The position numbers were made by a program, and so were the translations under genes. 50,945 nt of DNA from Catajapyx aquilonaris (taxonomy: Eukaryota): positions 1 to 50,945 of the forward strand of contig JYFJ02002786.1 in assembly GCA_000934665.2 (NCBI GenBank), written 5' to 3'. How positions within the stretch are numbered: the first letter of the stretch is position 1; each line of letters starts with the position of its first letter. Positions 26,301-39,339 of the stretch are shown piece after piece. The notes under the pieces are model-generated. The model ran no database searches, had not been told where the DNA came from, and saw only the letters and a program-made list of their open reading frames with translations.

Positions 26301-29300
26301 GGTAGGGGAGGAGGAGGAGGCCCCACCATTGGCAGAAGGGAGACAAGAATAGTCCAGAAGCAGCAGACAAAGCAGTCATCTGACAGGCTACGAAGGTGGT
26401 GGCCTGGTTGTCGTCCAACCAGAGGAAACTACTACTGTGTTATGGTGCTGGAGGATCCCAGATAGACCGGAATGAGCCCGAGACTGCTGCAGCTCTCCCT
26501 TGTCCTAGCCCTGTTGCTGATCCTGCTGCCCGACACTGCCTATGGACGGAGGGGCAGGGGAAGAGGAAGGGGTCGAGGTTCCAGCACTAGGATACAAACC
26601 AGGATCATTCCCTACCGAAACACAGCCAGTGCACAATATTACGACAACCCCAACGTAAGTCAAGTTTGTCTATGACTGCAGAGTCAGCTTTTAACTGAAT
26701 CGATGGCCACAGGGAGCCAGAATCCTGGAGGCATCCCACTTTGAAGCTGATTACATCCTGGGAAGAAAGATCACCTTTTCCTGCATCGCTCAGGGTGAAC
26801 CCAGGCCACACATCACCTGGTTCAAGGACAGTGTTGAGCTATACTTTCACGACTTTTTCCAGGTGGCCCTTTGCGAAAAAAAAAATTGCATGTTTCTAAG
26901 CGGCGCCTGTTCACTTCCGCTGTCTTGCAGGTACATGAATTCAAGGAAGGTGATGACACCATCCGATCCAAGATGGAGATTGATCCGGCAGCTCAGATGG
27001 ATGCAGGATTTTACGAGTGCCAGGCTGACAACAAGTATGCGGTTGACAGGAGAGGCTTCAGGACCGATTTCCTGGTTGGTGATTCCCCTTTTTCGAATAA
27101 GTGCTGCTGCATGATAGTCACTAAAATCGCGTCTCTTTTTCAGTGAGCTCAGCTTCTCCAGCCTAAACCATGCACAGCACTAGTTTGCCCCAAATATATA
27201 TCTCAAAATTTTACTATCCTCCAAGGCAAATAAATCTGTTGCTGAATTATGAATAGTTGTGATTGCCAGAAAGAACCTAACATCTCTCTTCAGGCTTGTA
27301 ATGCATGTTTCACAAATGCTGTAGGTCATCTCAATATAGTTCATGCCCATCCCTCAGGTCGTTTAAAATTTATGGCCGGGAGGATGTGGCCAGAATCATA
27401 CCTAAGTGTGCAACGAAAGGTCGCCATATCACGACAATGTAATAAGTCACGTGTGATTAGTGACGCACTTGCTGAAATACGAATGTCCCATTTCGCATTT
27501 TTTTCCTCGACATTTTTTTTTTTCGGAGCATAAATCTGTGCACATGTACATCCGCATTGCCGACCATCATCGATCCGGGAGGCAGCCGAAGAAGTAAAAG
27601 TTTAACGCCCTAGTCCATCAGGTATGTGTTACCAATGTCCCTTAGGTTCCAGGGCAGCCCCATCCGCCACCTTCCACCCCCAAACCCCCGAAACCCCCGT
27701 CGTCCCCCTGCCCTGCCCTCCCCGATATAACCCAACCTTCAGCAAATCAGTGGAAGAGCAGAGGTATAGTAGGTGGGGAAGGGGGACATTGCGTCAGAGG
27801 AACCAGAGGATACGCAAGCAGATCCGTATGGCGGGTTGCTGGATGACATCGCTTCTGTCTCCGCTACTCATCCTTTGCATTCTCCTGGTGCTTTTGGACA
27901 ACTCAGGTGTTGGCGCCAGGAGGTTCACGGGGCGCCACCATGTCAGACCACCCATTTACAACAGGGTCCACAAGCCAGTCGCAGGACGATGGCACAACTC
28001 GGAGGCAGAGCGGTACTACACCAATCCTGACGTATGGTTTGCCTTCTTTTTTTCATTCATTGCTTCCTAACATTATTTGGACGATTAGGTGACACACTGT
28101 TACATAACAATCGCATCTGTCATATTCACCTTCTGATGAGTGAAACCATTTTGGAAAATAGGCAACTTGAACGACTGTGCGGTCACATGTCAATGGTACT
28201 TGAAATAGTGCATCGGCTTTACACCAATTCGCTAATGTATTCTGACTTTTCGGCGTACATGTGTGACGGAACAGGGACTGAAAAGGGTTAGCAGATTTCT
28301 TGATAAAAATAGCGATGTAACTGGTGCAAAATCGCTCTACTCAAACGGGAAATCGAGTAGTTGTCATCAAATATTAATCCAAGTGCAGATATAAGTAACA
28401 TTCGGAAGCAGAAAAAAATCACGATGACACAATCGGCTTATTGACCGCCTTCGGTCCGTATCCTTTTTTAAGTATATACCATGACGATAAGCTGCGTCGA
28501 GTGATGTGTATTGCTGGTGTACTACGCGACAGGATAATTTATTGCCGCCATTACTCCGCATTAAAAACTCGCGATGGCTGAGTACAATATGGTACAGCTA
28601 CTCAGCAAGACATCATTGCATGAGAAAAATATCGTAATATCACGATCCCTAGCACAAAATAATGTAGCGTGTGGCACAAATTAACATTCGGCATGATCCT
28701 GTTACGTAACACAATTGCGAGAGAGGAAATTGTCTCTCTGCTCTCATTGGCACACGTGACAACTCGCACAAAAATCAAATTGGACTGATTTTATTATAAT
28801 AAACAGCAGTTCATTCACTACAAGCTTGAAAGTCAGCTCGCAAATTGACGGCAAAAATCTTTCAGTGTTGTTGCTGGTACTGTACGTACACGCCACATTA
28901 AGTCCTTGACTTTGACCATTCGATCACCCATTTAAAAAAGGGTATATTTTTGGTAAAATGTTGCAACGCCATCTGATTCGATAATCACTTCCCCTCAGGG
29001 AGCCAAAATCATAAAATCCTCCCACTTCGATCTGGAGTACATGTTGGGCCATAAAATCGCCTTCATTTGCGTGGCCATCGGGAGCCCACGTCCGCATATC
29101 ACTTGGTTCAAGAATGGCATCGAGATGGTCAATCATAAATTTTTGCAGGTTTGTCGCCCAGCCAGCTACATACGCACCTGGCCTCTTGACTGATTTGCAC
29201 TCATCACCATTTCTAGGTGCACGAGTGGCAACAGGGCGACGATCAACTCAAATCCAAGATGGAAATTGACCCAGCAACACAGATGGACGCAGGGATCTAC

Positions 29301-32300
29301 GAGTGTTTGGCAAACAACAAGTACAGCCTGGACAAACGCACTTTTCGCACTGATTTTGAAACCACGTTTGATTAGACGAGCACTGCCAAGAATGTTTCTG
29401 CATTTATCTCACTCGTTATATTTTGTTGTTGTTGTTATTGTTGATGTTTTTCAAATTCAGGATGCCTTTTGGGGCAAGCGTGTTGGTATGCTAAAATTGT
29501 GATCCAATCAGGGTTCTTGCAATGTAGGGTCTTCTCGCATGCAAAAGTTGATGGGGTTTGAGGGGTATGGGGCTTATCTCGTTTTCAGAGTCGTGGCCTT
29601 GAGGCCTCTAGGGACCAGGGTTATCGCAGGCAACTTGGCGGTTTGGTCGCGTATCACGAAGGCACGATTTTCCAGAATGGTTTGCTTCCTGACAATTTGT
29701 TGCCTATCGATCCTCCCTGAAGGTCGCTACCAAATTGGCCCAACGAGCAGCATCCTGGGGGACTTACCCCACCCTGTGCCAACCCTCCTCATCACCAACA
29801 ACCAATACTGTTAATGAAACCATTCTCACCTATTACCTTCCATCAATGTCACGTGCAGAGATTCAAACAAACACCAGGTAGAATACGCATCACCAGCCAT
29901 CTGATGTTAACTTATTTATGCTTATCCTCTGAGGTGACAATCTATTTTGGATCCATGGTAGTTGATTATAAACTTATGGATCGAATAAGTCTTTATATTA
30001 TTGCTCATTTAGTGAGCAACTTAAGAGTTTAAAAAGTGGTTATGTCCAGCAAGGTAGAAGTTTGATATTATTATATGTGGTGTTTATGGGTCCTATTTCT
30101 CACAGCACACACATTGCCATTCCACATATTTTAACAATATACTTGCAATCAGTACTTTCAGTGTGCTACGTTGTGTCTTATAGTCTGTGGCAAATGCAAT
30201 CATTCACTGCAGTTGCTCCTTTGACGTGGTCTTAAATATTCTGGATACTGATAGCCTATTAGCATTCGTACATGCAGAACAGAAACAAAGTTCTTACCTT
30301 CTCTCATTCTTCACTATTTCCATGTAATCAGTAGAACGTGCGTAGAAGCCTTCTGCTGTAAGCGCTCCCCAGAAATTGGACCAGGCTTTGTATGGCCGCA
30401 CAAGCATTGGTGCCACAACAGCCCTAGGGATTTGCCAAAAATTATCCTTGACAAATACTGCACTGGCAAAACAGAACTCTAAATTTTATATGCAAATGTT
30501 GATTGACATTACCTGTTCTGCTCAATGAGTAACTTCAGTGTATGAGGATTATCCAAATGTGCAATAGAATCCACAGAGAGAAAGTAATCACAGTCCTTTT
30601 TCAAGCATGTCTCCCTGCAAAGCAAATAATTTTGTACATTATTAATACCATAACTAAGAGTGGAACTTCTCAACATAAAAGCAGACTTACAGAGCAAGAT
30701 TTCTGGCATGCCATTCCTTGATGTTATCAGTAACGGTTATTTCTTTCATGCTTCGGTAAGCCGCTTTATTTTCTTCTATAAAACTAGAAATGAACTTCAC
30801 ATGATATTCTGCCTGTAAGAATATGAGAATAATGGCATTAATTCTTGTTGTCACTATAATCAGTGTTCATGAACATTATAATTGCAGGTGATCATAAGCA
30901 CTTACGGTGTTGTGAATAAATATATCAATCTTATTCTTTGGGTAGTCCATGAGAAGGATTTTGTGAAAGAACTCCTCCAGAAATGGTGTAGGCTGCTCAA
31001 TAAAAACGCCCAAAAGTACTAGAGGATAATCCTCTTCCTGTAATAAATATTGCACACTTATTTGGAGAAACCCATTTCAAACTGGTACTGCTGCTTGAAC
31101 ACTTCATTCAGTTACCTTGACTTTTTCCAGGCTGATCATGTTATCCCAGCAGGACAAGCACCCATCATCTTCATTCCAGCTGTTTGCCAAGTAATTTCCC
31201 AGATTGTTCAGCACCACTTTAGAAGGACCATTTCCATGCAGAATAAGAGGTACAGTGTTGTATGCTGTATTTTGAACATATGCTTCCTTTCCTTTGAACC
31301 GTAATTCAACATCGCCTGAAAAATTCGCGCCAATATTTAAGACATATTATTCCAATCAATGTCAGAAGCTACAAGTTGTATTACTCACCAACTGCACCAT
31401 TCAAATTTTGAAATATCTGCGCCTTATTGTCCAATTTAATATTCAAAGTTTTTCTCAGTTCTGTATTCAAGAACGCCTTGGTGTAAAACAACTGGTCATC
31501 ATCGTTATCCTTCACCTCTGCATTTGACACAATCGAGTACAAGTCCGGTGCGTATCCCATAAAGCCTGCAACGTATTTATACATTGTAAATTATGGGAGT
31601 AATGGTCGACTTGTGGTTGGGCATGTCGCGTGTTAGGCTACTCACCTCCAGAATTCAGGTAACGTTTTCCTCTCAAAACCGCAGGGTATTCGGAAGCCAA
31701 AGACTCATCGGGCCAGCAAAACCCTTCTGCCGAAAACACGACTCGTGCATTCAGTTGGGTGAACTGCGACAGAATTTTATCCACGGTTCCTAGAAACACC
31801 ACGTCGTAGCTGCAAAAAAAAAAAAAAAAATTAAAAATTTAATCCCCAAGTTCATTTGTGCCCCTCAGTTCGATCATATCATTCTTTACCTATCAGTAAA
31901 CATGACGATCTTGTTACTCATAGTCTTGTAATTTTCCAGCTCCCTTTTAAGTAGGTTAATTTTTTGACCCCCTCCTGCGAATTTTTTAACTTCCCCGCCT
32001 TTCCACGCCTCTCCCATTCCCAAAACCTGGAACGAATTCGGAAATGATGTCACACTCTCGACACGCAAATCCTCGAAATTTTTACACCCACCTTGACTGG
32101 AATCTTGTAAATTTCAGCCGAACGCATGAACCTCTTGAACCCATCGGTTTCATTCGTAGCCACCGTAAGTACTAGAAAATCTGTGGAGTGAAGAAAACGG
32201 GGACATTATTGCACATACTCTCATGTGTATCCATTTATTTAGTACACATGGCGGTACCCTCCTTTGCAATAAGAGGACAGGAAAAACAGGTGTAGTGAAT

Positions 32301-35300
32301 ACACGAGCTGACGAGGTCATTCGCTCTTCCTCCGGTTCCGTTATGTTATACCAGCGGGCAATTTTTGTCTGCGAACCTACTTCCAGACACAATCGTGGAC
32401 ATGTCATATGCATTAATGTCATTCATCCATAATGGAAAATGCAGCGTTTGAGACTCAACAGGATTCGTTTTGGTTCCACGTCAGCGTCTTTGAACGAGAC
32501 CCAAATGACCTCCACTTCTGAGGAACATATAAAAAAAAGGAGAAGCAACACAAAAAACCTGTTTCTCATTCCTCAACACGTGTGGCGAGCAGTGCAACCA
32601 ACTGTGGCACTACATGAACCTAGGTCAAAATCGCTATACATTATAAGGATACAGCTACCACTATAGTCACGTGCCACGTCACATTCGGCTATTTTGCAGT
32701 CCGTGCTTATATGACCTGTGATACGAGACATGTTTTCCTTTTCCTGCAGAAAAGGGCTATTGTTCGATTCATAAGAGGCAAATTATACTGCAACATAACC
32801 CTTAATGTGACAGTGGGACTGTACTCATTAGGACGAAACTTCGGTTTATTTACGTACCGGTAGCTATTTTTATAATGCGACAACTAAGATCTCATTCATA
32901 GGGGAGGCTACAATAAATATACCAATTACAGGCCTCAACTGGTATCATGCCAAGTGTAACTCTGATACAGTTCGTATAATTATCGTCATTATTATTACAG
33001 TATAACTAGACGACTTTGCAGTACATTGTCAGGTATGCAGCCGGAAGGATGATAAAGCAAAAGGTGGCCGTTACTTCCAGACACAATGAAAACCTGAAGA
33101 GGGCAATAATTCACTTATTGGTAACTCACCTGGGAGGTTACTGCACGCCATAAAAAAGGTGGATTTTATTATCATTTTTTAAAAGTGACACAATCATGCA
33201 CCAACCAGTCAGGCAATGAGGCGAATCTCGACCATTTTGTGATAATACCCGATTCCTTTCACCAAAACTGTTAATTAAATTTTCTAGTTGTCCCATTGCA
33301 CAACTCACAAAGTCATTAGCAGCAAGAGCAGGAAATGCTGCTTAATCACAGCCCCGTAGTTTTTTTCAGGAAGCTCCTGATAATGAGTCTGAAAAGGAGG
33401 ATTCAAGACATGTCGCCCTGTGAGTCTCTCCAAGGAGACCTCAGAAGCTTATTACGACGATTTCCATCATTTCTCGCCTGGCTGGGGACGGAAGCTCCCA
33501 CGGCTGCAACTCTTGTGGAAAAAAATAATAATAATTTGCAAGCTAAACCTAATGGTGACGCAGAATTTGCTCGACACTTTTATTTAGACATTTTTGAGGT
33601 CACGAGTTCCCATGGCAGATTGCAAATGTGAACTTGGTCACCCTGTTATTCCATTTGGAACACAAGAGGCGTTGCACTGCTGGCAATGAATTTGCAAAAC
33701 AGCCCATCAGTTTGCAAGAAAAAAAAAGGACTTGTCACGATTGGGGTCGCATCAGTGCGCTATTGACCTCGTATTTTCTTAAGTTTGCCCACTGTTCTTA
33801 GGCCAGTGAACTCGTGAGTACACTGTAATCAGAAGGTACCGAGCAGACGGACAAAAAGTGAATTCGTGTGAACCTTCTCAATTTTCGTCTTAAGAATCGG
33901 AGGGGATTGGCCCTAACATATGGCAATTTCCAATCCCGATGTCTGAATGGCTGCCAACCACCACAAAACAACACCTTCTGGCTTCCAAGCACAAAAAATT
34001 CAAAGGGTGAAAAAATGTGGTTCCCGTGTATAAGCTTCAGTATAGGTAGGTGCATGGGTATAGTAGGAGGTTCTTATACTCTGAGGGCCCATCATTCCGG
34101 TTAAGGTCAGTGACCGGGCTGGGGCGTTGGCCTTGACCATGCCAACCTCTTCCGTGTTTCTTACGTGGCCACCTTCACGTAACAACATTTATGCCGAAAT
34201 CTTCCCTTTCACTCTTTCCTGCTTCAAATTAAATTCAGCACATTCAGTAGGTAATCAAGCAAATATGCCCATGATTTTTTTTTAAGTTGCAATAAATGAC
34301 ATATTGAGCACACACTGTGTTACCCAAAAGTAAGCTTAAGAAAAATTGAGTTAACTACACTGCATATTTTAACAATCCTAATTTAAATTCGGTTGCTAAA
34401 TATTTTAAATTTATCTTTAACTGTACCAAAATTGTCTGTCGAGCTCGGGATAAATCCACACATTTATTCGCCCAATGGGCTAAAGAATTACTTCTTAAAT
34501 ACAGAAAATATGGGCGGAGTTTTCGACCCACTGCTAGTTATTGCTAACTTAGCAGTACCATTGCCAACACCGCTAAGTTAGCAGTAACTAGCAGTGGGTC
34601 GAGAATTCTGTATTTAAGAAGTGCTAACTTATCAGTGCCAGTGTTGGAAATGGTACTGCTAAGTTAGCAGTAACTAGCAGTGGGACGAAAATTCTGTCTT
34701 TAATGTTAATTAATTAACTGCACTTATTAAAATCATCTTGAATCATCCTAAAATACCATTAATTCAGTACCACACGACTGAACTTCTCAAATAATGATGC
34801 ACACTTTTTTTTTTAAAGAAAGTACCCTGTATAAATGCATGTAAAACCAACATGGCCTAAATCTTGCAAATTGAACGTGACAGCTGTGAATTGTTGCGTT
34901 CAGTGCTGGTGACAACGCAAAATCGGAATTACCACGCGGTGTATGCTTGCAAAATGCACATTTTTTTGTTTAAAAAAATAAATAAGAGAGCTGGGGAAAC
35001 AGCCTTGTCATTCAGTGGACCCGAACCAGATTCCGGATACAAACTAGGCGGGAGGTCGCCCCCGCGTCCTCACGATTATCGCGATGTTTATTTCCATGCA
35101 AGGGCGTTAAGAACAAACTATGCAAGACTGGCGCAAGGACGACCTAATTGGTTACACTGCAGCCAGGCATGACTTGACCATCATTTCACACCCAACCCAG
35201 CCAGAAAATTCGCCAAAATATATGGGCATTTGTGATATCTATGCGGTTTGGAGCCTGTCAAATTTCATCTTCGGATATTTCTGGACACGCCTGAAGGGCA

Positions 35301-35864
35301 GCCCTAACCTACTTCCCAGTTGGCACCAGTTGGTGATCCGAAAGATCTTTCAGCATCCTCCAGAGTGAATGTATAGGAAGAGGTGATCCGAAAGATTCTT
35401 CCACAGCATCCTGGCCAGTGAATGTAGTGAAGAAGTGGGTGCGAAAATGCTTCCTAACGTAAACAACCTTCAGGGGGCATTTTTAAACGTGGCCTAAAAC
35501 TCTTTTTTAGGCGAACATTGACCCGGACATTACCGTGTACCTTCTAAGTTATTCCTATTGCCCACTCTTTTCACGGTGGCTTCCGCCTGATGAATAGATC
35601 TGTTTGTAGGGAGTGCCGCTCCAGGAGTTTCACGGTCTACAGGTGCAAATCGATGTGTGAACTCCGCATTTAGCATGATCGTGATTGTCCCTCAGCGTCT
35701 GTATACCCCGACAGCCCGACCTTGAAATGTGTATCCTCCACATCAGAGAAACACTCACCGTCTCCTGCTCCGGGTTGCTCTTCCTGGGCCTGGACCATCG
35801 CGAGGACCCCCATGAGGAGGAGGAGGAGGGTCCACCTCCACCTGGTCCAGAGCACGGCTGCCAT
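23375..35864 (-). CDS. Plod: Procollagen-lysine,2-oxoglutarate 5-dioxygenase / lysyl hydroxylase (multi-exon)
   Basis: Signal-peptide exon 35759-35864 splices in phase 1 to [18 protein letters not shown] (from 32180); then [133 protein letters not shown]. Confidence 0.96.
24416..24553 (-). CDS. Plod: Duplicated alternative Plod exon B (paralog of exon A at 24926-25072)
   Basis: Pyrimidine-rich acceptor ctctcctcaacag, donor gtaagg, 138 nt, phase 0-0, no stop: [46 protein letters not shown]. Confidence 0.8.
26472..27146 (+). CDS. Secreted single-Ig-domain protein, oig-4-like copy 1 (nested in Plod intron)
   Basis: Exons 26472-26654, 26713-26862, 26931-27074, stop 27144-27146. Signal peptide, RGRGRG tract, then [39 protein letters not shown]...[35 protein letters not shown]. 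Confidence 0.9.
27828..29375 (+). CDS. Secreted single-Ig-domain protein, oig-4-like copy 2 (nested in Plod intron)
   Basis: Exons 27828-28031, 28999-29148, 29217-29375 with the same intron positions as copy 1: [40 protein letters not shown]...[35 protein letters not shown]. Confidence 0.9.
34490..34700. repeat. Compound inverted repeat: one left arm, two right arms
   Basis: cgacccactgctagttattgctaacttagc is complementary to gctaagttagcagtaactagcagtggg, which occurs twice (~34572 and ~34658); acttcttaaatacagaa pairs with ttctgtatttaagaagt. Confidence 0.8.
35332..35433 (+). repeat. Two-copy imperfect tandem duplication, ~50-bp unit
   Basis: ggtgatccgaaagat...cagcatcct...agtgaatgta occurs twice in Plod intron 1. 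Confidence 0.75.
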
Positions 35865-38800
35865 GGTGTCCACTACCACTAGGAGATGCGAGGATGAAGA
35901 ATCTAATCCTTCACTGAACGCCGACTGTTTCCTTGTGGCCTTCCTTTCCTTCCACACCATGCGTCCTCTCCTCTCCTTCTCTTCGGCCACCAAACGAGGG
36001 AGACATCTACAGGCCGCCGGGGATGCACACTGCTGGCATCTGGCGGGGGATTAATGCAAAAAAAAAGGAGGGGTGTTGCACCCGCGCGATGTCGCGAATA
36101 TTGCTTCCGGATAAAATTCGCACTTTTCTATTTTATTGGAGGGACAATCACACAATATGTGACGGGGATATCGGTTCAGGCGAAAGTTACAGGTATTGCT
36201 TCCTATATTGTTAAGGGGGATGGGCGTACATACTGTAATTACTGGAGTCGGTTGATTGAGGGGGGGGGGGGGGNTTAAAAATGAGATTCCTGATTCAAAT
36301 CGTTTAATAGTGGTTTTCACTATTGTGTGACCAACAATTCGCCAATAAATTGGTTCAAAATGAACGTGATTGTGAATGTGGAAATACATTGCTGTATCAG
36401 TTGTAATTATGAGGTGTAATATGATCCGTCATCTGCACCTGCGTTTTAACCCAGAGAGCAGAAAGTAGAGTCCGAATTTTTAGGCGCGAAAAACTCCTGA
36501 AATAGGGACGAAAAAAAGTTGTGGTGTGCATTTCGAACTGGGCGACCTTACTTGAGCAAATCTTGCGATAATATTGAGGGCATCTGATGATGGACTTGGA
36601 CTACTATTGAACAGTCCGTTATGTAGTAGATTATACAGCCCCAACTGCCTCGTTTTTAGATTTAATGAAAGAATGCAAAAAGGCCAACAGACAACAGCAA
36701 AACACTATGCTTAGACTATACCGGAAGTAAATGGGCGTGAAATGGGTGTGAAACTGGCACGAATTTGTGCCAAATATTTGTTATTTACACCGGATTTTAA
36801 TGAGATGACTACTCCTCTCACTCTCAACTGTCCTCGAAAAATGTATACTGAGTTTACTTTCCAACAATAGTTCTGTATAACATTTTTTAAAACTCACAAT
36901 AATATTGAGGTTGAGAGACTCTTCCCATGGGTTGGTTTGAAATTTAACCACTGCTTTCAGAGGAGTCAGAAAATGTCCTGTACTTTTTTGGTAGTGAGAT
37001 TCTGTGTGAGTGAAATTTCTTTAGATTGGATTTAGTTCCACTGGAAATGGGGCATTACATGTGCAATTATTGTTTGTCCTGTACTTCAGGAAGGCGTAAT
37101 AAATAAAACATTGCATAACAACTAGGAACATAGAGAAGTGGAGACCGCCACATTTCACAAAATAATATTGTTGCCATTCCAGTAACACTATACATCATTT
37201 CTTAATTTTACGCCGCAGCAAGTGAACGGTGGCAAAAACCTTTAGAGAACTATTCTTTAAAATTATGCAATGCTATAAGAGGCCTACTTGGTCACGGTGC
37301 GCTGGTCTTCGGTTACGTCCCATCACTTCTAGGCGACAATTATAGTGACACTTCTCCAATGACCCATTTCCCATGATGGCCACAAAAAGCCCAGAGAATG
37401 ACGAGGGAGTCTCCGGCAATGGTTTCTCCTTTTACTTGGAGTGAAGAATGTCCATTTCCGTGAAACCGTAAAAAGTCAGCTTTCCCGAGACCAATCGGAT
37501 TCAAAGACCCCAACGTCATGGGCATCCGGATTAGTCCAGCCATATAACATACAGGCTTTAAAGTACAGTAGGCTTACACATTTATCATACCGAACAGTTG
37601 AGCAAGTGACAGTAAATACTCTAAAAGATATATTCCACATATTATAAGACTAAATAATAATATTCATGTTACGGATGCGTGAACCGATTTTGTGTCATCA
37701 TTTTGTCAGTTTGAGCGGATGTTTCATTATCCCTTATGATGTTTTTTTTCTTTCTTGCACGTATTTTTCTAGGGTGTCTGTAAGAAATCTCATTTGACAA
37801 TAAAAAGTTATATATTACTTTGAGGACGATGTTAAACTAAGCCTAAATATATTTTGCCTGAAATGTGTATATGCATACAATAACCCTCATTGCCAACTGC
37901 GATACTTAAAGATATCCACTTGCTTTTCGCAGAAGGAAAGGTATAGGAGGTAGATGAAATATTCATCAAATATGTCATCAAATAATGCGGCATACAAATA
38001 CAGGTTGCTTCAGGGTTTTGCTTGATATGCACTTGAATCGGGACATTTCCGTTTCCTCAGCATACAGTATGCTTAGCTGATATAAAGCTTGGGCAAGTAA
38101 CGTATACATAACAGCAGTAAAGCATACACGCAACAGCAGGTTTCATATTGGCAACATGATCCATTTTACATGAGGTGTTACTTCCTTACTCACTGTCAGT
38201 ATTTTTGAGAAAGTGTCGAAGTAAGATGATTATCAAGGAATTACCCAATATTGTGCAGATAATTATTTTGTATTGTTCTTTTTATCTGATTTTGATACAG
38301 TATGCTCTCCTTAATATAGCCTACTGACCATGAATAATTGCATAAACTCCAAACTGGGAACTCGCTCGCCACTACTCCAGAAACTATTTTAAACTGCTAC
38401 AATGCTTTGCGGTTGGGCAAAGTGCTTGGAAATGCATGGGTAGACAACCGATGTGCTCGGGTGGCATTTAGCATCCACAAGGAGAACGGCATTAATGTAG
38501 CAGATAAGCTGCTCTACACTGACTGTATATTATGTCGGCCTACTGTGCTCTGTGAAACGGAGTTTGATGAGATAATATGTCAATATGAGAGAATGTGATT
38601 GTATCCCTTGGCATTTATAAAATTTAATAGTGCAGGTCAACAGGTAAGGTTGTATAGAACAAATTTAAAACATTTAATATTAGTAATATTATAAGTAGAT
38701 TTTACTTATGTAGCAGTATAAAACTTGCAGAATATGTGTACGTTTGATTGCTGTTTGCGGTAGTTTGCGGCAAAATCCACCAAAGAACCATCAAGCCACT

Positions 38801-39339
38801 TGCGCCACCTAGTTTTGCCTCTGGTAATTTCTATTTGAGCTCTTGCTGGTTGGCAACTGGAAAGTTGTCAGCTGTTTGCTACAAACTGCCACCTAGCGTC
38901 AGAGAACTTCTACATCACATTCCAATTATGCATTTACAATAATTGCCTGTACAAAATAATATTCATTATATCTGCTGTAAAGTCACGAGGAGATGGCTTT
39001 TAATAATTTATTGTCTTGTTTTATATCCACTCTATATATAGCGTTTGTTTTGTAGGCTACATATGCCACTATTATTTTTATAAAACTTGTTACAGAAAAT
39101 ATGGCCATATTGGCACTCCAATAACTTGACATAAGTAGTGATAAGGAACATCTGCTTTCGAAGATTTGTAATTTAAAAATCCTCATTCTGCATCGCAAAA
39201 GATAGGTCTGTACACTCGAGGTATTTTTGGGTCGCAAAACACGTAACGAAAATAGCACTATGGCCGTCGGCCTCTCATCAAGACACACTTCGCAAAGCAT
39301 CCTCAGTGCGTTTCGTCTTGTTTTTTGACAACTCCAAAA

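Noticed and set aside
36260..36274. Poly-G run ending in N
   Set aside because: Likely homopolymer or assembly uncertainty rather than a feature.
36300..39300. Short ORFs and possible repeat fragments between Plod and ABRA
   Set aside because: No recognisable protein motifs, splice-consistent frames or paired termini.
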